Positions 63,343 to 64,000 of a DNA stretch of 64,000 nucleotides are shown here, in pieces. Position numbers and translations under genes: made by a program. Source of the DNA: an uncultured Rhodospirillaceae bacterium (lineage in GTDB: Bacteria > Pseudomonadota > Alphaproteobacteria > UBA8366 > GCA-2717185); NCBI GenBank assembly GCA_964474755.1, contig CAYYUG010000010.1:12407-76406 (forward strand). The letters are read 5' to 3'. Position 1 is the stretch's first letter. Each line of letters opens with the position of its first letter. The notes beneath the pieces are model-generated. The model was not told the DNA's origin. It made no database searches and saw only the letters and a list, made by a program, of their open reading frames with translations.

Positions 63343-64000
63343 ATGCTGCAAACGGTGAGGTCTCGGCGGGGCATGGTGGTAGCACCGCATCATCTGGCAG
63401 CCCGCGCTGGAGCGCGGATCCTGGAAGAGGGCGGCAATGCCATCGAAGCGATGGTTGCAGCTGCGAGTGCGATCGCAATTACCTATCCGCATATGAATGG
63501 CCTGGGGGGCGATAATTTTTGGCTGATCCATACACCCGGACAAGATGTCGTTGGGATTGATGCATGCGGCGGCGCAGCGGGCAAAGCTGATTGCGCATTA
63601 TTTAAGGCACATGACAAGATACCGGAACGGGGACCGCTGGCAGCGTTGACGGTGGCTGGCGCTGTCTCGGGCTGGCAGGAGGCCCTGACTATAAGTAGGT
63701 CTGACTGGGGCGGTACGATACCGATCGACCGACTGCTTGAAGAGGCTACTTTCCTGGCTGATGATGGGATAGCCGTCACTCGTACGCAAGCCGTTAATAC
63801 CGCCGGTAAACTGACAGAATTGAGCGGCGTGCCGGGGTATACCGAAACCTACCTCGATGCTGGTACTATTCCGCAGGAGGGTGATCGTTTCCGGCAACCG
63901 CGTTTGGCGGAAACGCTGCGTCATTTGGTTCGAAACGGCTTTGAAAATTTCTATCGTGGTGATTTGGCAAAGGCAATTTCTGCTGATCTGATGAAAGTTG
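63343..64000 (+). CDS. gamma-glutamyltransferase-family Ntn hydrolase (3' end beyond window)
   Basis: Not in the ORF track because it is open at the window end. My translation from ATG 63343 is MLQTVRSRRGMVVAPHHLAARAGARILEEGGNAIEAMVAAASAIAITYPHMNGLGGDNFWLIH..., the GGT-family N-terminal pattern. It starts 2 nt after the FdrA-like stop. Confidence 0.8.
   Translation, partial: MLQTVRSRRGMVVAPHHLAARAGARILEEGGNAIEAMVAAASAIAITYPHMNGLGGDNFWLIHTPGQDVVGIDACGGAAGKADCALFKAHDKIPERGPLAALTVAGAVSGWQEALTISRSDWGGTIPIDRLLEEATFLADDGIAVTRTQAVNTAGKLTELSGVPGYTETYLDAGTIPQEGDRFRQPRLAETLRHLVRNGFENFYRGDLAKAISADLMKV

Noticed and set aside
1-64000. CRISPR arrays, cas genes, IS elements or transposases, prophage genes, rRNA, toxin-antitoxin pairs and known defence-system hallmarks (reverse transcriptase, large ATPase/nuclease pairs).
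   Set aside because: I saw no regularly spaced repeat-spacer structure and no ORF with transposase, integrase, RT, helicase-nuclease or phage-structural patterns. All large ORFs are accounted for by metabolic or housekeeping families.

Overview
This is a 64-kb chromosomal window from a moderately GC-rich proteobacterium. Gene order and protein sequences look alphaproteobacterial, but that is inference; no database search was possible. Positions 1-20 kb are mostly housekeeping: the 3' part of infC, rpmI-rplT-pheS-pheT, ctaA and typA. Small metabolic modules are interspersed: crotonase + SDR + msrA, and a minus-strand run of MFS, oxc-like, frc-like, M20 amidohydrolase and a UPF0104 membrane protein. 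A tRNA-Arg(CCT) at 20317-20393 sits in about 0.6 kb of AT-rich non-coding DNA. It marks a switch to more than 43 kb of tightly packed oxidoreductase, hydrolase and lyase genes (36 called CDS plus one gene fragment). In that region I recognise no transcription factor, ABC/TRAP transporter, integrase, transposase, CRISPR array or rRNA. The best candidate for an undescribed system is a seven-gene, translationally coupled minus-strand operon (22433-31340). It interleaves two complete CoxM/CoxS/CoxL-type molybdenum hydroxylase sets with a UbiD-family (prFMN) decarboxylase, in the order M-S-M-S-L-UbiD-L. Other notable items follow.
- A NaChBac/NavAb-type voltage-gated sodium channel heads a run of metabolic genes.
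- Paralogues are expanded: three TauD-family, three ketopantoate-reductase-family and two luciferase-like monooxygenase genes.
- Several catalytic subunits lack their usual partner genes: a Rieske oxygenase without an electron-transfer component, LLMs without a flavin reductase, UbiD without UbiX.
- An FdrA-like gene sits 2 nt upstream of a GGT-family Ntn hydrolase at the window end.
- An enolase-superfamily N-terminal remnant abuts a PrpD-family gene.
- There are a few short repeated intergenic motifs.
All functional calls rest on motif and family recognition by eye. Start codons were adjusted where a Shine-Dalgarno sequence or a gene junction supported it.
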